A DNA stretch of 64,000 nucleotides, taken from NCBI RefSeq assembly GCF_004010195.1, contig NC_057719.1, positions 77,739,260 to 77,803,259 of the forward strand. Direction: 5' to 3'. Below are positions 48,959 through 63,010 of the stretch, piece by piece. The number at the start of each line of letters is the position of its first letter. Within the stretch, counting starts at the first letter, position 1. A program made the position numbers and the translations under genes. Below the pieces are notes generated by a model. That model saw only the letters and a program-made list of their open reading frames with translations. It searched no databases and had not been told where the DNA came from. This DNA comes from Chiloscyllium plagiosum. Its lineage: Eukaryota.

Positions 48959-50899
48959 ACCAGTAAGTATCACTGGTGCCTATGGATTATGCCTTGAGTT
49001 GCTGTTTGGTCCTAACTAACCGAGGTTCTTCAGAGCAAACAATGAGCTGATGGCATCGGATACCTGCTCTGATTTCTGTGACAAGATTTCTCGACGATTA
49101 GCATGTTCCACGAATTCCAATAATTTCCCTTAATTGGGAACTCACTCCTGCCTAACAACAAATGTGCCTTGATACTTGGCAAAAGCAGAAAAGATGGTGC
49201 ATGATTCTCCTGACATTGAAAGATGACTTGCTGGACGTCTTGTCCAATTTTGTTACAAACCTTCCCATTGTCTACATAGCTCAGACTTGCGCAGCATTCT
49301 AACTGCAATTCTGTACATGGAATTTTGTAAATGTGCACCTTTTTAGTATGCCAGCTGCACCACACTGGTTACAAACGTTGAAGTGAATACAACTTTACAT
49401 TCACAGTCAATTGCGTGTTTGTTTTTGCTGTCTGAAGTCTCATCGCACCCTTGTATCTAGCAGTCACCTGATTCTGTGCACTGCTAACCAATCAATAGTG
49501 GACACTTTTTCAGCCCCCAGTCTCCTGTCTTAAGGAATTTGCCCTTGCCAAACTACCCCTACCTTGCTTTCAAAGTCCCTTTGCTGGAGTTTTTGTGCGA
49601 CTAATACCAAACCACTACCCCCTCCATTTCCCTCCCCCTGGCCACCACCTATGTTACAAGACCTCTTCGTGTATGTGAGGATAACTGCAGGAAATGAAAG
49701 CTATTTGGTTATGTTGCACTTGATATCAGAAAACCACAATGAATGCAAAGTAATTTTCTTAGAGAAATACTAGCCCTGCAGGTTAATGTTGAAATGTCTC
49801 TTGTTGAAGTGTGGAACAGGATTGCTTGTAAAGTGGAGGAAGGAGTGATGAAGTTGTACTGAAGTGAGCAGAGCATTTTCTAACTTCTATCACTGAAGTA
49901 AAATTTAGACCGGTGCTTCACTTAAATGCTGTAATTTTGATGTGCACACTGAGTTGTGTTTAAATTAAACAGAATGGTTTAATTTAATAAAATAATATGT
50001 GGCTGATTTGGTATTATTACTTATGCTCACTCAAGTCCTTTATTGACAAATTTGTGAACAGTAATCAAAGTAATTGGAGTATTATAAACGCTTGGAGAAA
50101 AGTGGAACAGTACAATTTTGGAGCTCTTCTCACTTTTAAAAACTTACTTTTATCTTTGGATCTACATGGAAGTGAGGCCTAGTTTATGCACTGGAGGTTT
50201 ATTCACCGTCAAGCAGAAAACAAACTGGCCATTGTGCTCAGTTTACTTTTCATATTTGCATTAAGCAGTTTTGTCATTAGTTCAACAATAATCCATCCTG
50301 ATGGTTTTTTTTTACAGTTCTGAATTCTCAAATGCCTAATGAATGTTAGATTTTAGGTAAGTAATGAAAAAATCTAAATAGGGAATGTGACAAGAGTGGC
50401 AGTCTGTTTCCTCACTGGACAAATTTAATTGTTTGCAGTCGATATTCTCCTCTGTCAATCTGTTGGACAACTAAACATGTGCCTGTGCTCAATATCTAAA
50501 CTTAGTGATGCTGTGATGCTACTGGATTGTAATTAGACCCTTTACGCTGCATACTGTAATCTCACATGCCACTTTATGCATTCTGTGACTTTTAAGGGTG
50601 ACAGATTTAAAAATACTCCTCAAAGGAGACACAATGTTTTATGTGGACTTCAATAAGTGAACAGGATTGATACAGTTTTCCTGGAATTACTTAACACATT
50701 TTCCACAGAACCAGCACGTTAGGGTCAACTAGTCTGCTAGTGTTTACCGTGAATCTCTTTCCCATTGGTAGTGTGTCCATTCAACCTTTCAGCATATCTT
50801 TCCATTCCCTTTTATATGTTCATCTAGTTGCCTTTTGAAAGCATTAAAGCTGTTTGCTCAACCACTTTCTATGGTACATATTCCATATTCTAAACAAAA

Positions 50900-51030
50900 A
50901 TAAAAACAACTGCGGATGCTGGAAATCAGAAACAACAACAGAAATTGCTGGGGAAATTCAGCCGATCTGGTAGCATCTGTGGAGAGAAAGCAGAGTTAAC
51001 ATTTTGGGTCCAGTGACCATTTCTTAGAAA
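50900..51030 (-). mobile_element. Short PLE terminal-repeat fragment with decayed hammerhead
   Basis: Reverse complement reads CTAAGAAATGGTCACTGGACCCAAAATGTT then aactctgctttctctccacagatgct..., the same tail type as 35990-36090. Confidence 0.55.
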
Positions 51031-51611
51031 CTTCAAAGTTTTCCCAGTAACTTCTGTTGTTATTCCATAGTAACCATCTTTCATTTATGGCCTCTAGTAT
51101 TGACCACTCCATATCTGCCCTATGTTTTGACCAAACTGCTGGTGAGGTTCCCCAATTCATTACGGATCCAAAGAGGAAACCCCACACTGTTAAATTACTG
51201 GGTCAGGAGGGATGAATGAGCTCCGCTTTTATTCATTCATTTCCTTTGGTTCTAACAAAGTTAACTTAAAAAGGATCCTTTGTAGATACTACATCCTAAA
51301 TCAAATGCCTTAAAAAGAAGTTATTTTATCCAGGCTTTCTTGAATTAACAAAAAAAAATTATTAATTCTGGCACTTGGGAAGAAATATTCATCCAATACA
51401 CACGCACGTTAGAAATAAGAAATAGGTCCAAAAAGGAAAATCTTTTTTTAAAAAAGAGTTACATAGAATTGTCTTTGAATTGTTTACAAAGAGAGAATTG
51501 TTGAATTTTGTTGCAGTAGAGATTAGTCATAGCATTGATGTTGATATCATCTTTTGTTTTGGTTGAGATTCTGTACTTCTGATACCTTTCAAAGCATGAT
51601 TAATTCTAGCC

Positions 51612-52047
51612 TTCATAGAAATGTACAGCATGGAAACAGACCCTTCGGTCCAACCCGTCTATGCCGACCAGACATCCCTACCCAATCTAGTCCCACTTGC
51701 CAGCACCTGGCCCATATCCCTCCAAACCCTTCCTATTCATATATCCATCCAAATGCCTCTTAAATGCTGCAATTGTACCAGCCTCCACCACATCCTCCGG
51801 CAGCTCATTCCATACACGTACTACCCTCTGTGTGAAAAAGTTGCCCCTTAGGTCTCTTTTATATCTTTCCCCTCTCACTGTAAATGTATGCCTTCTAGTT
51901 CTGGGCTCCCTGACCCTTGGGAAAAGACTTTCTATTTATCCTATCCATGCCCCTCATAATTTTGTAAATTTCTATAAGGTCACCCCTCAGCCTCCGACGC
52001 TCCAGGGAAAACAACCCCAGCCTGTTCAGCCTCTCCCTGTAGCTCAT
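51612..52047 (-). mobile_element. CR1 3' fragment
   Basis: ORF 51687..51878(-) RGERYKRDLRGNFFTQRVVRVWNELPEDVVEAGT. Confidence 0.9.
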
Positions 52048-52189
52048 GTCCAGTTTCTTATTGCCAGGTTGCTTTCTAGCAATAAGAGAGTGAATCTTTA
52101 CCTGTAAGGTTGGCGTTTTGACTGTAATCTTCTCAGCATACTAATAGTCAAACCCAACTGGTAGACATAAGAACTTTTCAGTCTAACTG

Positions 52190-53140
52190 CATGACTTGGA
52201 GATGCTGGTGTTGGACTGGAATGGACCAAATTATAACCTAGTGTTGTGGGATTTTGTGTGCGCGCGCGCTTGGTTGATTTTTAAGTGTGTGTGAGAGTGT
52301 GATGGGGTATGTGTGCAAGAGTATCAGATTATCAACACGATATACACGTGGGGACACCTCCCATCATGTATGTGCCCAATGTGGTCTCTCTCATACGCTG
52401 CAGGCAAGGGTTCCCTGAGGCATGGTACATTGATGAGACCGAGCAGACTGTATGACAAATGAATGGACACCCCACAACAATCTCACCAGGCAGGAGTGTT
52501 CCCTCCCAGTCGGGGAACACTTCAGCAATCAGGCACATTCCGCCTTGGGTCTTCAGGTGACCATCCTCCAGGGTGGACTTTGGGACAAGAAACAACACAG
52601 TGGCGAAGCAGAAGCTGATAGCAAAGTTCGGTACCCATGGGAATGGCCTCAATCGGGACCTTCGGTTCATGTCACGCTAAATTGTACTATCACACATACA
52701 CTCCTACATATTGCACAGCCATACAGACCCTCCCTCTCACACAAGCTCTCTCACATATGCACACATACCCCATCATGTATGAGAGGGTGCATGTGTTGGG
52801 GGAGAGGTGGTATGTGTGCACGTGTGTGCATATGAGAGAGCTTGTGTGAGAACGAGGCTCTGCATGGGTGTGTCAGTAGGTAGGAGTGAGTAGGGTCACC
52901 TGTAGTGTGACATGAACTGAAGGTACCAGTTGAGGCCATTCCCATGGGTACAGAACTTTGCTATCACTTCTGTTCAGCCACTATGCATTGTTGCTTGTCC
53001 TGAAGTCCGCCTGAAGGTCCGAAGCCGAATGTCCCAGACCGTTGAAGTGTTCCCTGACTGGGAGGGAACACCCATGCCTTGTGATTGTTGTGGGGTATCC
53101 ATTCATCCATTGTCGTAGAGTCTGCTCAGTCCCGTCAATG
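52190..53140. mobile_element. Penelope-like element fragments in inverted (fold-back) arrangement
   Basis: GIY-YIG C-terminal piece on + (SLPVGEHFS...VTILQGGL) at about 52330-52770 and its inverted copy at about 52815-53140. Confidence 0.8.
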
Positions 53141-54644
53141 TTCTTTACACTTCTGTAAATGTGACATTGCATTGGTTCCTCTCTCCAGACAATGACTTAA
53201 AGTCAAAAATGGCTCCTATTGAAAATTATCAGCCTTTTCTAAAAGAAAAATTTTGGAATTACATGTTAAAAATGGCCACAGTATTTAACAGGGTTCTGAC
53301 TCATGGTTATGACACCTGTCAAACCTGTTCATATTTTTAAAGATCTCTGTTAAAACAATTTAAATCTTGGATAAAATTCAAAAGAATGGCGATAAGTTTA
53401 ACAGACAGAGTGAATTATCTCATTCATTCGAAGTTAAAGCACACAATAAATATGAGGTTGAACATCAATACCAAACCTAGAAATAAATGCCAATTTAATA
53501 AATAAACATCCTTTCACTATATTGGCATTGCCCATTTAAAATTACCAAATGCTGTTACTGCCAGCTTTTGTGCATGTTTTAGTGCTCAAATGAAGTGTTT
53601 TGTTTTCCTCAGTGACTAGCTTGGAAGGTGAAACACTACTGGGTTTCTTTTGAGAATACTTTTTAGATAACTGTGGGAACTATGGTGGACTGTATGGGGC
53701 TGTCTTATCCACCTTTCAATGTACCACTGAGGAAGGAGCTGTTAGAATATTAGACAGAAGAACTGGGTCAGTGGCAAATGCCAAGGTCATGCTCAAAGGA
53801 CTCTAGATTAGCGCAAAGGTTCAAAGGTAGAACAGAATGTAGGAGTGAAGGTGCACTCTATTTAGAAGCCACTGTCAACAGTGTCTTCAAAACCCTGGTG
53901 GCAAATGTTTGGCGCAGTTATTTCTGCATTCTGCAAGTTGGAATTCAGTTGCCCATGTTCTGTGACATTATGCACAAATTCACTGGTGGGCATTTCCTTG
54001 TATGTATCTTGGTTGCTTCTTTGAGAGGCTGAGACTTTAAAGTCAGTCTCTGAGACCTCTGCTATAGTATTTGCATTTGTTTTTGTTTTTGTCTTTGGAA
54101 GAGCAATATTCTGGCATGGCTCCTCTTTCCTTAGCTCGTACATTTGTTCCGAGTAAATCACCATATATGGACATTGGCTCTAATCTTACCTCCAAGGTTT
54201 GTTGTGTAAGCACCTGACTTAGTGCAAGTAAATTCTTGCCTTGAAAACTCTAGTGAGGTTATTGAATTTTTTCTAGCATTGCAGCCATGTTCTAGGTATT
54301 AGACTAACGATAATGAGATCTGTGACCTTCTTTCCATGAGCTGTATCAATTTCTTAACATTTCTCATACTTTTTATTAGAAATGGAAGTATATTCAGAAC
54401 TCTTAAGATTTCTAAGAGATTTCTTCTCTTAAGAATTAAGATTGACTTTAGATTCCAAACGTGGCCTCACTTTGTCTTTTGATCTTTGTCCCTTAGCTAA
54501 TTGATGGAGATTTCTTCATGTGTTCAGAGGGAGAAAGACAGCTGAGGTGAGATTGGTCAGCAAGGTCACCAGCTTGAATGAAAAGCATACACCTTACTTG
54601 GGAAGCAACATCCTGTAGATTAAGCTAAGGTTTCTGTGAATGCA

Positions 54645-54960
54645 GGGCGGCACAGTGGCTCAGTGGTTAGCACTGCTGCCTCACAGCACCAGGGTCCTAG
54701 GTTCAACCCCCACCTTGGGTGACTGTCTGTGTGGTGTTTGCAAATTCTCCCCATGTCTGTGTGGCTTTCCTCCGGGTGCTGCGGTTTCCTCCCACAGTCC
54801 AAAGGTGTGCAGGTTAAGTGAATTGGCCGTGCTAAATTGTCCATAGTGTGAGGTGCATCCGTCAGAGGGAAATGGGTCTGGGTGGGTGACTCTTTGGAGG
54901 GTCGGTGTGGACTTGTTGGGCTGAAGGGCCTGTTTCCACACTGTAGAGAATCTAATCTAA
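54645..54960 (+). mobile_element. HE1-type V-SINE
   Basis: gggcggcacagtggctcagtggttagcactgctgcctcacagc head, V core, (aatct)n tail. Confidence 0.9.
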
Positions 54961-56619
54961 TTTGAATAAGAACATTCTAGTATCAGGATGCAAATGATAG
55001 TGGATGAACTCAAACAATTTATTTTGAATGAATGATTTATTGTCACATATATCTTAGAGTGAAAAGTGTTTTGTCACCATAAACTGGTGCCATTTTGAGT
55101 TACAACAAGGGTAAAAGAAATTAAATTACTTGAATAAGAAGAGTTCATTTTCTGTTCAAATTGGGGACTCAAGCACACCTTCAGGCTTCTGGAAGGTATT
55201 CTAATCTTCAAGGAGTTCTGCTTCAGGAACAGTAACAATGACACAGATGCCCCAGGAGACCCCAGCTCTGCCACTGCTGCTTCGCTGAGGCCGCAGGGGG
55301 TCCAGGCAGCAGGACCTACACCTGCCATGGGTCCAGGCCCCAGTGCCTACTGCCACCAGAAGTCCAAGCTCTGGGGCATACTGCTGCTGCCAAGAGTTAT
55401 GTATGTGGCTAAATGGAATACAGGCTTGATGTTGGAATTACTGACTCCATAATCAGTAAGAACATTTTAGCATGAATAAGTCAGCCATGAATTTATTTAG
55501 GTATAACCTTTTCATTTAAATGTTTTGCTTTCCACAGTAGGTTTTTATATTTTAGGCAATTTTTGTGGGTATATGTGGTTAGTACGCAAGACTTAAGAAA
55601 AGGTAAACAACGAGAGATGGCGTTCTTGATGGAAGATGTGAATCAAAGCCTACTACATGACATACGAAAGCATTTCAAGTGAAATAATCACATTCCTTTA
55701 TCTAGAATTCCATTGCAAATCATAATAAGAATTATATATTTCATTGCAAATGATTGACATTCATATTCTGTTAACACATTAAAAGCACTTTACCTCTAAT
55801 TTCTTTTGACTAATATTCTAGCCTGGACTAATGACCATTTAAGGATATAGATTACAGCATAGAAAACTTGCAGAAGTTGTCAAGTTCGGAACATCAAGCA
55901 GAAAGATGGTTTCATTAGCAAGAAAGTACAGCCCTTAACTAGAAAAGATGGACTCTGAAAAAAGAGTTAACATGTAAAATGTAATCCGCAGGTTCTAACT
56001 GACTGATGTGCTTTCTGAATTTTGTGTTGACTTGAAGGTTTGCTTGTTATATCTTTCTGTTTTGTACTCCATTTTGAGTTAATACACTGGGGCTAGGCCT
56101 TTTGTTGTATTGGTTTTGATATGAAAGTGTTTGTTGAAGCTTAGTATCTGCAACATGCAACTATGTGTGTTTTTATTTGAAAAATAGCATCATAGAATGC
56201 TGAACGTTGGAGGTCAGAGAGACACTGATTCCAAATTTGAATCCTGGTCGATATGTGTGGAAAGGATCTCATTCAGGATGCCATAAGGAATGATATACTT
56301 GGTTTTGGTGTTTCTGGATTATAAAGAGAAATAGTGGATATGGGTCTACACAATGACGGCATCCAGAGATTTCTACTGTATTGTTTGCATGTGTATGTCA
56401 TGTAGAAAACCTGTGTGGGCTCAATGCGATGTCCTACCATGGTTGAATAGGTCACCCAACTCACCGCTTAGACTATTAAATGAAGAATTGCCAAAAGATC
56501 CTGGCATTTTCTAGAACAGGCCTCCAACATGATGCAGTGGCTGCAGCACAAGGTCAAAAGAAAACTGGAGGGGTAGAAAGAACATTGTTTTTCAAAAGAA
56601 ACACAAGCTTTTTTTTGAA

Positions 56620-59070
56620 CAACTGTTGGTCATATCTGATCAATTTGTTTGAATTTTTCAGAGATGACTAGGTATATAGATGAGGGAAACGTTTTTCATG
56701 TAGCCTACTTGGACTTAAAGGCTTTTGATAAGGTTCTGTGTGGGAGATTAAGAGCAATGGTAATAGCCCATGAAATTGAAGGAAATTTGGCAAATTGTAT
56801 CCACAATTGTCTGAATGCCATGAAACACTGTGAAGTTTGAGAGATGTATTTCTGTGTCCTTTAGGGTCTTAGTGTTGGGCCCCTTGCTGTTTCAGGTTTA
56901 TACTCAAATGTAGGAGTGTTGATCAGGAAGTTCCCAGTTGATACAAAAGTTGGTGGGCTGGTAAATAATCAAAGTCATAGCAATGTACAGCACGGAAACA
57001 GACCCTTCAGTCCAACCTGTCTATGCTGACCAGATATCCTAAAATAATCTAGTCCCATTTGCCAGCACTTGGCCTGTATTCCTCCTAAACCCTTCTTAAT
57101 CGCATGCCTATCTGGATACCTTTTAAATGTTGTAATTGTACCAGTCCCCTCCACTTCCTCTGGCAGCTTGTTTCATACATGCACCATCCTTTGCATGAAA
57201 ACATTCCCCCATTGGACCTTGGTAAATTTTTTCCCCTCACCCTCAACCTATGCCCTCTAATTTTGGACTCCCCCACCCCGGGGAAAAGTTCTTGTCTATT
57301 TACCCTCTCCATGCCCCTCATGATTTTCTAAACCTCTACAAGGTCACCCCTCAGCCTCCAATGCTCCAGGGAAAACAGCCCCAGCCTATTCCCCCAGCCT
57401 ATTCAGCCTCTCCCTATAACTCAAATCCTCCAACCCTGGCAACATCCTTGTAAATGCTTTCTGAACCCTCTCAGGTTTCATAACATCCTTCCGATAGGAG
57501 GGAGATCAGAACTGCACGTAATATTCCAAAAGTAGCCCAACTAATGACTTCTGAACTCCTATACTCAATGCTCTGACAAGTAAAGTAACGTATACGAAAC
57601 GCCTTGTTTACTATCCGATCTACCTGCGACTCCACTTTCAAGGAAATATGAACCTGCACTCCAAGGTCTCTTTGTTCAGCAACACTCTCCAGGACCTTAC
57701 GATTAAGTGTATAAGTCCTGCTCTGATTTGCCTTTCAAAAATGCAGCACCTCATATTTATCAAAATTAATCTCCAGCTGTCACTTCTCAGCCCATTGGCT
57801 CATAACCACCTTCGCTGTCAACTAACCTCCAATTTTGGTGTCATCTGCAAACTTACTAATATAACCTCTTATGCTCACATCCAAATCATTTATATAAATG
57901 ACCAGCAGCAGGCATTGTACACATTGGAACTAATGACCTAAGAAGGGAAAAGGATGAGATTCTGAAGGCAGATTTTAGGAACTTATGCAGGAATTTAAAA
58001 AGGGGTCCTCGAGGGTAATAATATCAGGATTACTCCCGGTGCTACGAGCTAGTGAGGCTACGAATAGGAGGATAGAGCAGATGAATGCATGGCTGAGGAG
58101 CTGGTGCAGAGGAGAAGGGTTCACATTTTTGGATCATTGAAATCTCTTCTGGAGTAGAAGTGATCTGTACGAGAAGGACGGGTTGCACCTAATTGGAAAG
58201 GGACTAATATGATGGCAGGGAGATAGTGAGGAGGATAGCCTTAGATTACAAGATGGTATAGGTGGGCAGGTTAGGTAGACTGATCAATGGCAAATGGAAT
58301 TCAATCTGGATAAATGTGAGGAGATGCACTTGGGCTGGAGAAACAATGCAAGGGAATACATGATAAATGATAGGATTCTGGGAAGTGCCAAGGTTAGACA
58401 GGGATGTTGTTTTGCATGTACACCGGTCCTTAAAATATCAGAAAAGGTGGATAAAACAGTTAAGAAGGTATAGGATATACTTGTCAAGTCATAGAATTTA
58501 AGCAGGGAGGCTATGCTGGAAGTGTGTAAAATGTGGTTAGGCCATAACAAGAGTATTGTGTGCAGTTGTGGAATCTATATTATGGGAGAGTTGTGATTGC
58601 ACTGGAGAGGGTATTGAGGAGATTTATCAGGATGTTGTCTTGGCTGGAGAGTTTTAGTTATGAAGAGAAATTGGATAGACTGGGATTGTTTACTTTCGAG
58701 CAAAGGAGACTGAGGGAGCATATGACTGAGATGTATGAAATTGCATTGAATGGAAGAAACTTTTCCCCTAGGTAGAGGGATCAGTGACTACGGGGCATGA
58801 ATTTAAGGAAAGGGGAAGAAAGTTTAGAAGAGATGCGGTGTGGCAAAAACTCTCAAGTTTTAAGAAGCAATTAATATGCACTTTCAATGCCAGTGCATAC
58901 AAGGCTGTGGCCAAGCACTGGAAAATGAGATTAGAATAGTCAGAGAGTCATCGAGATGTACAGCATGGAAACAGACCCTTCGGTCCAACCTGTATGGTTG
59001 TTTTTGATTGGCACAGACACAATGGGCTGAAGGGTTTATTTTTGTGCTGTAGATATCCATGACTATGACT
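56620..59070 (+). mobile_element. Old CR1 RT fragment carrying nested younger CR1 pieces
   Basis: YLDLKAFDKVLCGRL at about 56700; resumes at about 58225 (WQMEFNLDKCE.MH); CR1 ORF1 esterase piece at about 57940-58225. Confidence 0.7.
56972..57905 (-). mobile_element. 5'-truncated CR1 (HER1-like) LINE
   Basis: ORFs 57085..57321(-) and 57471..57659(-): LFPGVGESKIRGH, QVHISLKVESQVDRIV; 3' UTR at 56972-57060. Confidence 0.9.
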
Positions 59071-61449
59071 TTAACTGACATGTCAGTACTTTGTTACTCT
59101 CAGAAATTTTTTTTTAATGTGTTAATTTATATTAAAATCTACTTTGAATCATTGTTGCAAACGTGGTCGGGACGAAATGACCAATATCGATGTAAGTTGC
59201 TTGCAGTGGCACAGTAGCAGGACTCCCATAGATTTGTGACTGTATAATCTGCTCAGTTAAATTTTTAGTTCTGTTATTTTTGAGGATTGTTACGATTTCA
59301 AGGTCTATCCTGTGCAATATTCGAACAATTTAAATAAATTAATAAGAAGGAATCTAAAATGTACTTGTTTGGTTTGCGTGGGGTCCATTTCCTGTAATAT
59401 CTAGTTTCATGATCCCAGCTAATACACAATAATTGTCATTTCAAAGTGAGACCTGACTTGATCATAAATTTTACTTTTGCAGGTTTGTTGCTGTGGTGGT
59501 GAGTCAATGAATCTATTCACTCACGGCTGTCTGTGTTCTTTTAATAAAAGAATGTAAATTTATTACATAAAATAAAATAGTTACATAGGAAGATTTTAAC
59601 ACACACAACAAAAGAAAACAAACCTTTTTTCAGCAGTATCCTTTACAGAAATTCAACATCAGAAAAATATTACTCCTGTCTTAATACCAACTTATCTTTC
59701 TCTATGATGATAGTTCAGCTTTCTAATCATTTCATCAACTGACACTGCAGGTACTCAAGTCATTTAGCTGAAGTCACATGCTTTGTTTGAAACTACGTTT
59801 GAATTTCCTATTCAAAAATGGCATTGACCTTGCTTTTTAAAAAAAAACACAAGTTTACCTCTTAGAACTAAAACCAAAATCCTAAATACCTCTACTTTTA
59901 CAATTCAAATTCCCAAATAATGCTATATTATACACCAACCAGTTTCAAATGTTTTTGGAACAGGCTTTTATACTACAGTTTGATTAACATTTTACAACAT
60001 GATCCTGATCAACTTTGCATGTAGTCAGGTGAAATGAGAGGTTCAGCTACAGCTCGCTTTCCCAGGTGCTTCGCAAGGATTGCTTCAACTTCTACTTGTT
60101 GGGTCAACATTTTTTAAATATAAAATTGTTGTAAGCTGTTGCAGCACTTTAGTATTAGCCTGATCTGCAAATTGATTGACTACATTACTAAACAGATTTG
60201 TGTTTCTGAAACTGACTATTTAAAGCAGCTAAATTCAGTGCGCTATTTCGGGGGGAAAATGAGTGGTCAGTGCCTTGATAGAGATTAAGTGCTTTAAAGA
60301 TAGAGACTAATTTTTTTTTGATCTGTGAAGCTGTTACTTTGAAAATATTCCACCATTGTGTCCGTTCTGTATTGGGCTTTTGTACATGGGTATAGGATCA
60401 TAGCTGATCAGATTCTGATCTTGCTTTACTTGTTTTGACTCTTGCAACACTTAAAATGCTTATGCAACAATCTTTGGTTTTGAAATTTTCAATCAACTAG
60501 CATTAACATTTTTGGAGATTAGTTTTCAGATTTTAATTGCAGCTTGTGTGGAGGATTGCTTTTAAATATTAGCTTGAATGGCTTAGCTGTGTAGAGGTCT
60601 GCCTTATTGGTTATGATTTTGAGAGAAAATAGACTTGATCCTGTACAATATGGACCAATAATGTTGTTTCCTAGTTGCCATATTATAATCCGTGTTACAG
60701 CCTCTCTGTTATCCTTGTCAGCAGCATGTGACATTATGCAATATCTCTTCTTTTCAAACAACTGGCATTAAACACTTTCAACATTTCTAAATTTCACAAT
60801 GGCAAACCTGCAGCCCTGATTGAATGTTAGGTCCAAGGGGCCTAATTTACAACAGCAAGGTAGTCACATGTTTGAACAGATTTTGTTGTTTGTTCCAGTA
60901 GAAACTTAATTTTATCTTTATAGCCTTACAACAAAAAGTCAATGAAGCACGTACATCCTGCAATTTTCTGCATGTGTAGCACAGCTTCTGCCCACATATC
61001 TGTATGAATGTGGAATTTCCTGCATATTAGTGTTGGAATCACATGAAGCATTTGTACGCTTCATTAAATTTCTGTTGTTGAAGGTTAGGTTGGTTCCAGT
61101 TTTTATTTTGAAAGTGCTGCATATTTTGTATTGGCCATGCCTTGTTTAGATTGTGGCTAAATCCCAAAACTGAGTAATTTTCTGGCAGTAATTGCTCAAA
61201 TCATTCATGTAGTTGGACTTTGACTAAGGCCATGTTGTAAGGATAGAACTGGCATAATCCAACAACTCATGATATTTTATGAAGCTGATTGACAATACGA
61301 TGGAAAATGGGATTAGAAAAGAGGGGTACTTGATGACTGGCACAGGCATGATGGATGAAGGGTCTCTTTCCATGCTGTAATACAATATAATTTTGATTGT
61401 ATAAGGTGAGAAGTAGTAGTGTGCATTTATGGTAATGTGCAGTTCTTAT

Positions 61450-61829
61450 CAACCAACCCAACCACCCCGTGGCTCAACACTTCAACTCCCCCTCCCATTC
61501 CACCAAGGACATGCAGGTCCTTGGACTCCACCATTGCCAGGCCATTGCAACACAACGGTTGGAGGAAGAGCGCCTCATGTTCCGCCTAGGAACCCTCCAA
61601 CGACAAGGGACGAACTCAGATTTCTCCAGTTTCATCATTTCCCCTCCCCCCACCTGGTCTCAGTCAAATCCCTCAAACTCAGCACCGTCCCTCCTTCCTA
61701 CCTTTTATCTTAGCCTGCTGGACACACTTTTTCCTCATCCCTGAAGAAGGGCTCATGCCCGAAATGTTGATTCTCCTGTTCCTTGGATGCTGCCTGACCT
61801 GCTGTGCTTTTCCAGCAACACATTTTCAG
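61450..61829 (+). mobile_element. Penelope-like element 3' end with hammerhead motif
   Basis: AQHFNSPSHSTKDMQVLGL...RLEEERLMFRLGTLQ; CTGAAGA-A-GGGCTCATGCCC-GAAATGTT at 61741-61768. Confidence 0.88.
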
Positions 61830-61834
61830 TATCA

Positions 61835-62310
61835 GTTCATTGGAGGCAGTTCAAAGAAGTTTAAATAGGATGATCCCTGGTATGGAGGGATTGACTTATG
61901 AGCAAAGAGTGAATAGGTTGGGATTTTGCTCACTGGAGTATAGAAGAATGAGAGATAGTATTAAAACATACAGGATTCTTAACATGCTTGACACTAAAGG
62001 CTGAGACGATATTCCCATTCATGGGCGACTCCAGGACCAGAGGACAGTCTCAGAATGAAAGGTGCAGAATCAAGACTGAGATGAGGGGGAATTTCAAACA
62101 GTTGAGAATCTTTGGAGCTCCTTCCCATAGAGCTTTGGGAGCATAGTCTTGTATTTTAAGGCTATGATAGACAGATTCTTTATCAATAGGGGAATTGAAG
62201 GTCATGAGGAAAAGGCAGGAAAGTGGACATAAGGAATGATGGATCAGCCATAATTCTATTGAATGGCAGAGCAGCTTGATGGACCTCCCTGTTTCTTGTG
62301 GTCTTGTGGA
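61835..62310 (+). mobile_element. Old CR1 3' fragment
   Basis: LEAVQRSLNRMIPGMEGLTYEQRVNRLG..SLEYRRMR. Confidence 0.8.
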
Positions 62311-62539
62311 TTATTCTCCTAACTACTTGGAGGTCACAACAGGTCAAGCAGCATCCACGGAGAGAGCTCTGACTCATCTAGACTCGAAACGTTAGCTAGC
62401 TTTCTCTCCATAGATGTTGCCTGACCCAACCATTGATCTCTAACCTGGTATTTATCCAGTGGTTTGGAATCACTGTCAAAGTGATTTCAGTTAAAGATGT
62501 CATATGTTATATTTGGTTTCCTCTATAATGTTTTACAAG

Positions 62540-63010
62540 GCCATAAGATGTAGGCGCAGAGGTAGACCATTTGCCCACTGAGTTTGTTTCACTATTCAGT
62601 GAAATCATGGTTGACCAGATAATCCTCAATTTCACTTTCTCCACTATCTTTATTGCCATAACCATAATGCCCTTACTGAAATTAAATACCTGTTTATCTC
62701 GACATTAAATATAGTTAATTGACAGCCTCTGTGGTAAAGAATTCCACAGATTCACTATCTCAGAAGAAATTCCCCCTCACCTCTGTCTTAAATGGGGCAA
62801 CTCCTGACTCTGAGATTATGCCCTGCACTCTCCGTATCTACCCTCTCAACTTTCATAAGCATCTTGTATGTTTCAATAAGGTCTCTTTTTTTCATTCTTT
62901 TAAATGCAAATGAGCACGTTCAATCAACTCTACCATGTCTTCATTAAAATCTCTCCATACCTGGAATCAACTTAGTGAACTTTCTCTGGACTGCTTGTAA
63001 TGCCAGTATG
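62540..63010 (-). mobile_element. Old CR1 3' fragment
   Basis: Reverse complement of a CR1 3' end (ccataagatgtaggcgcagagg..., aagaattccacagattcac). Confidence 0.7.

Noticed and set aside
46850..49775. Possible large old DNA transposon (Harbinger-like) surrounding the PLE/Tx1 nest
   Set aside because: Only vague terminal similarity; no convincing transposase motif could be read
55556..55602. Plus-strand exon candidate QFLWVYVVSTQDLRK
   Set aside because: Plausible splice sites, but the open frame needs a phase-2 entry not supplied by the identified exons
59483..59498. 16-nt micro-exon candidate (ttttgcag|...|gtgagt)
   Set aside because: Overlaps the start of an LTR-like TGTTG...CAACA segment; no independent support
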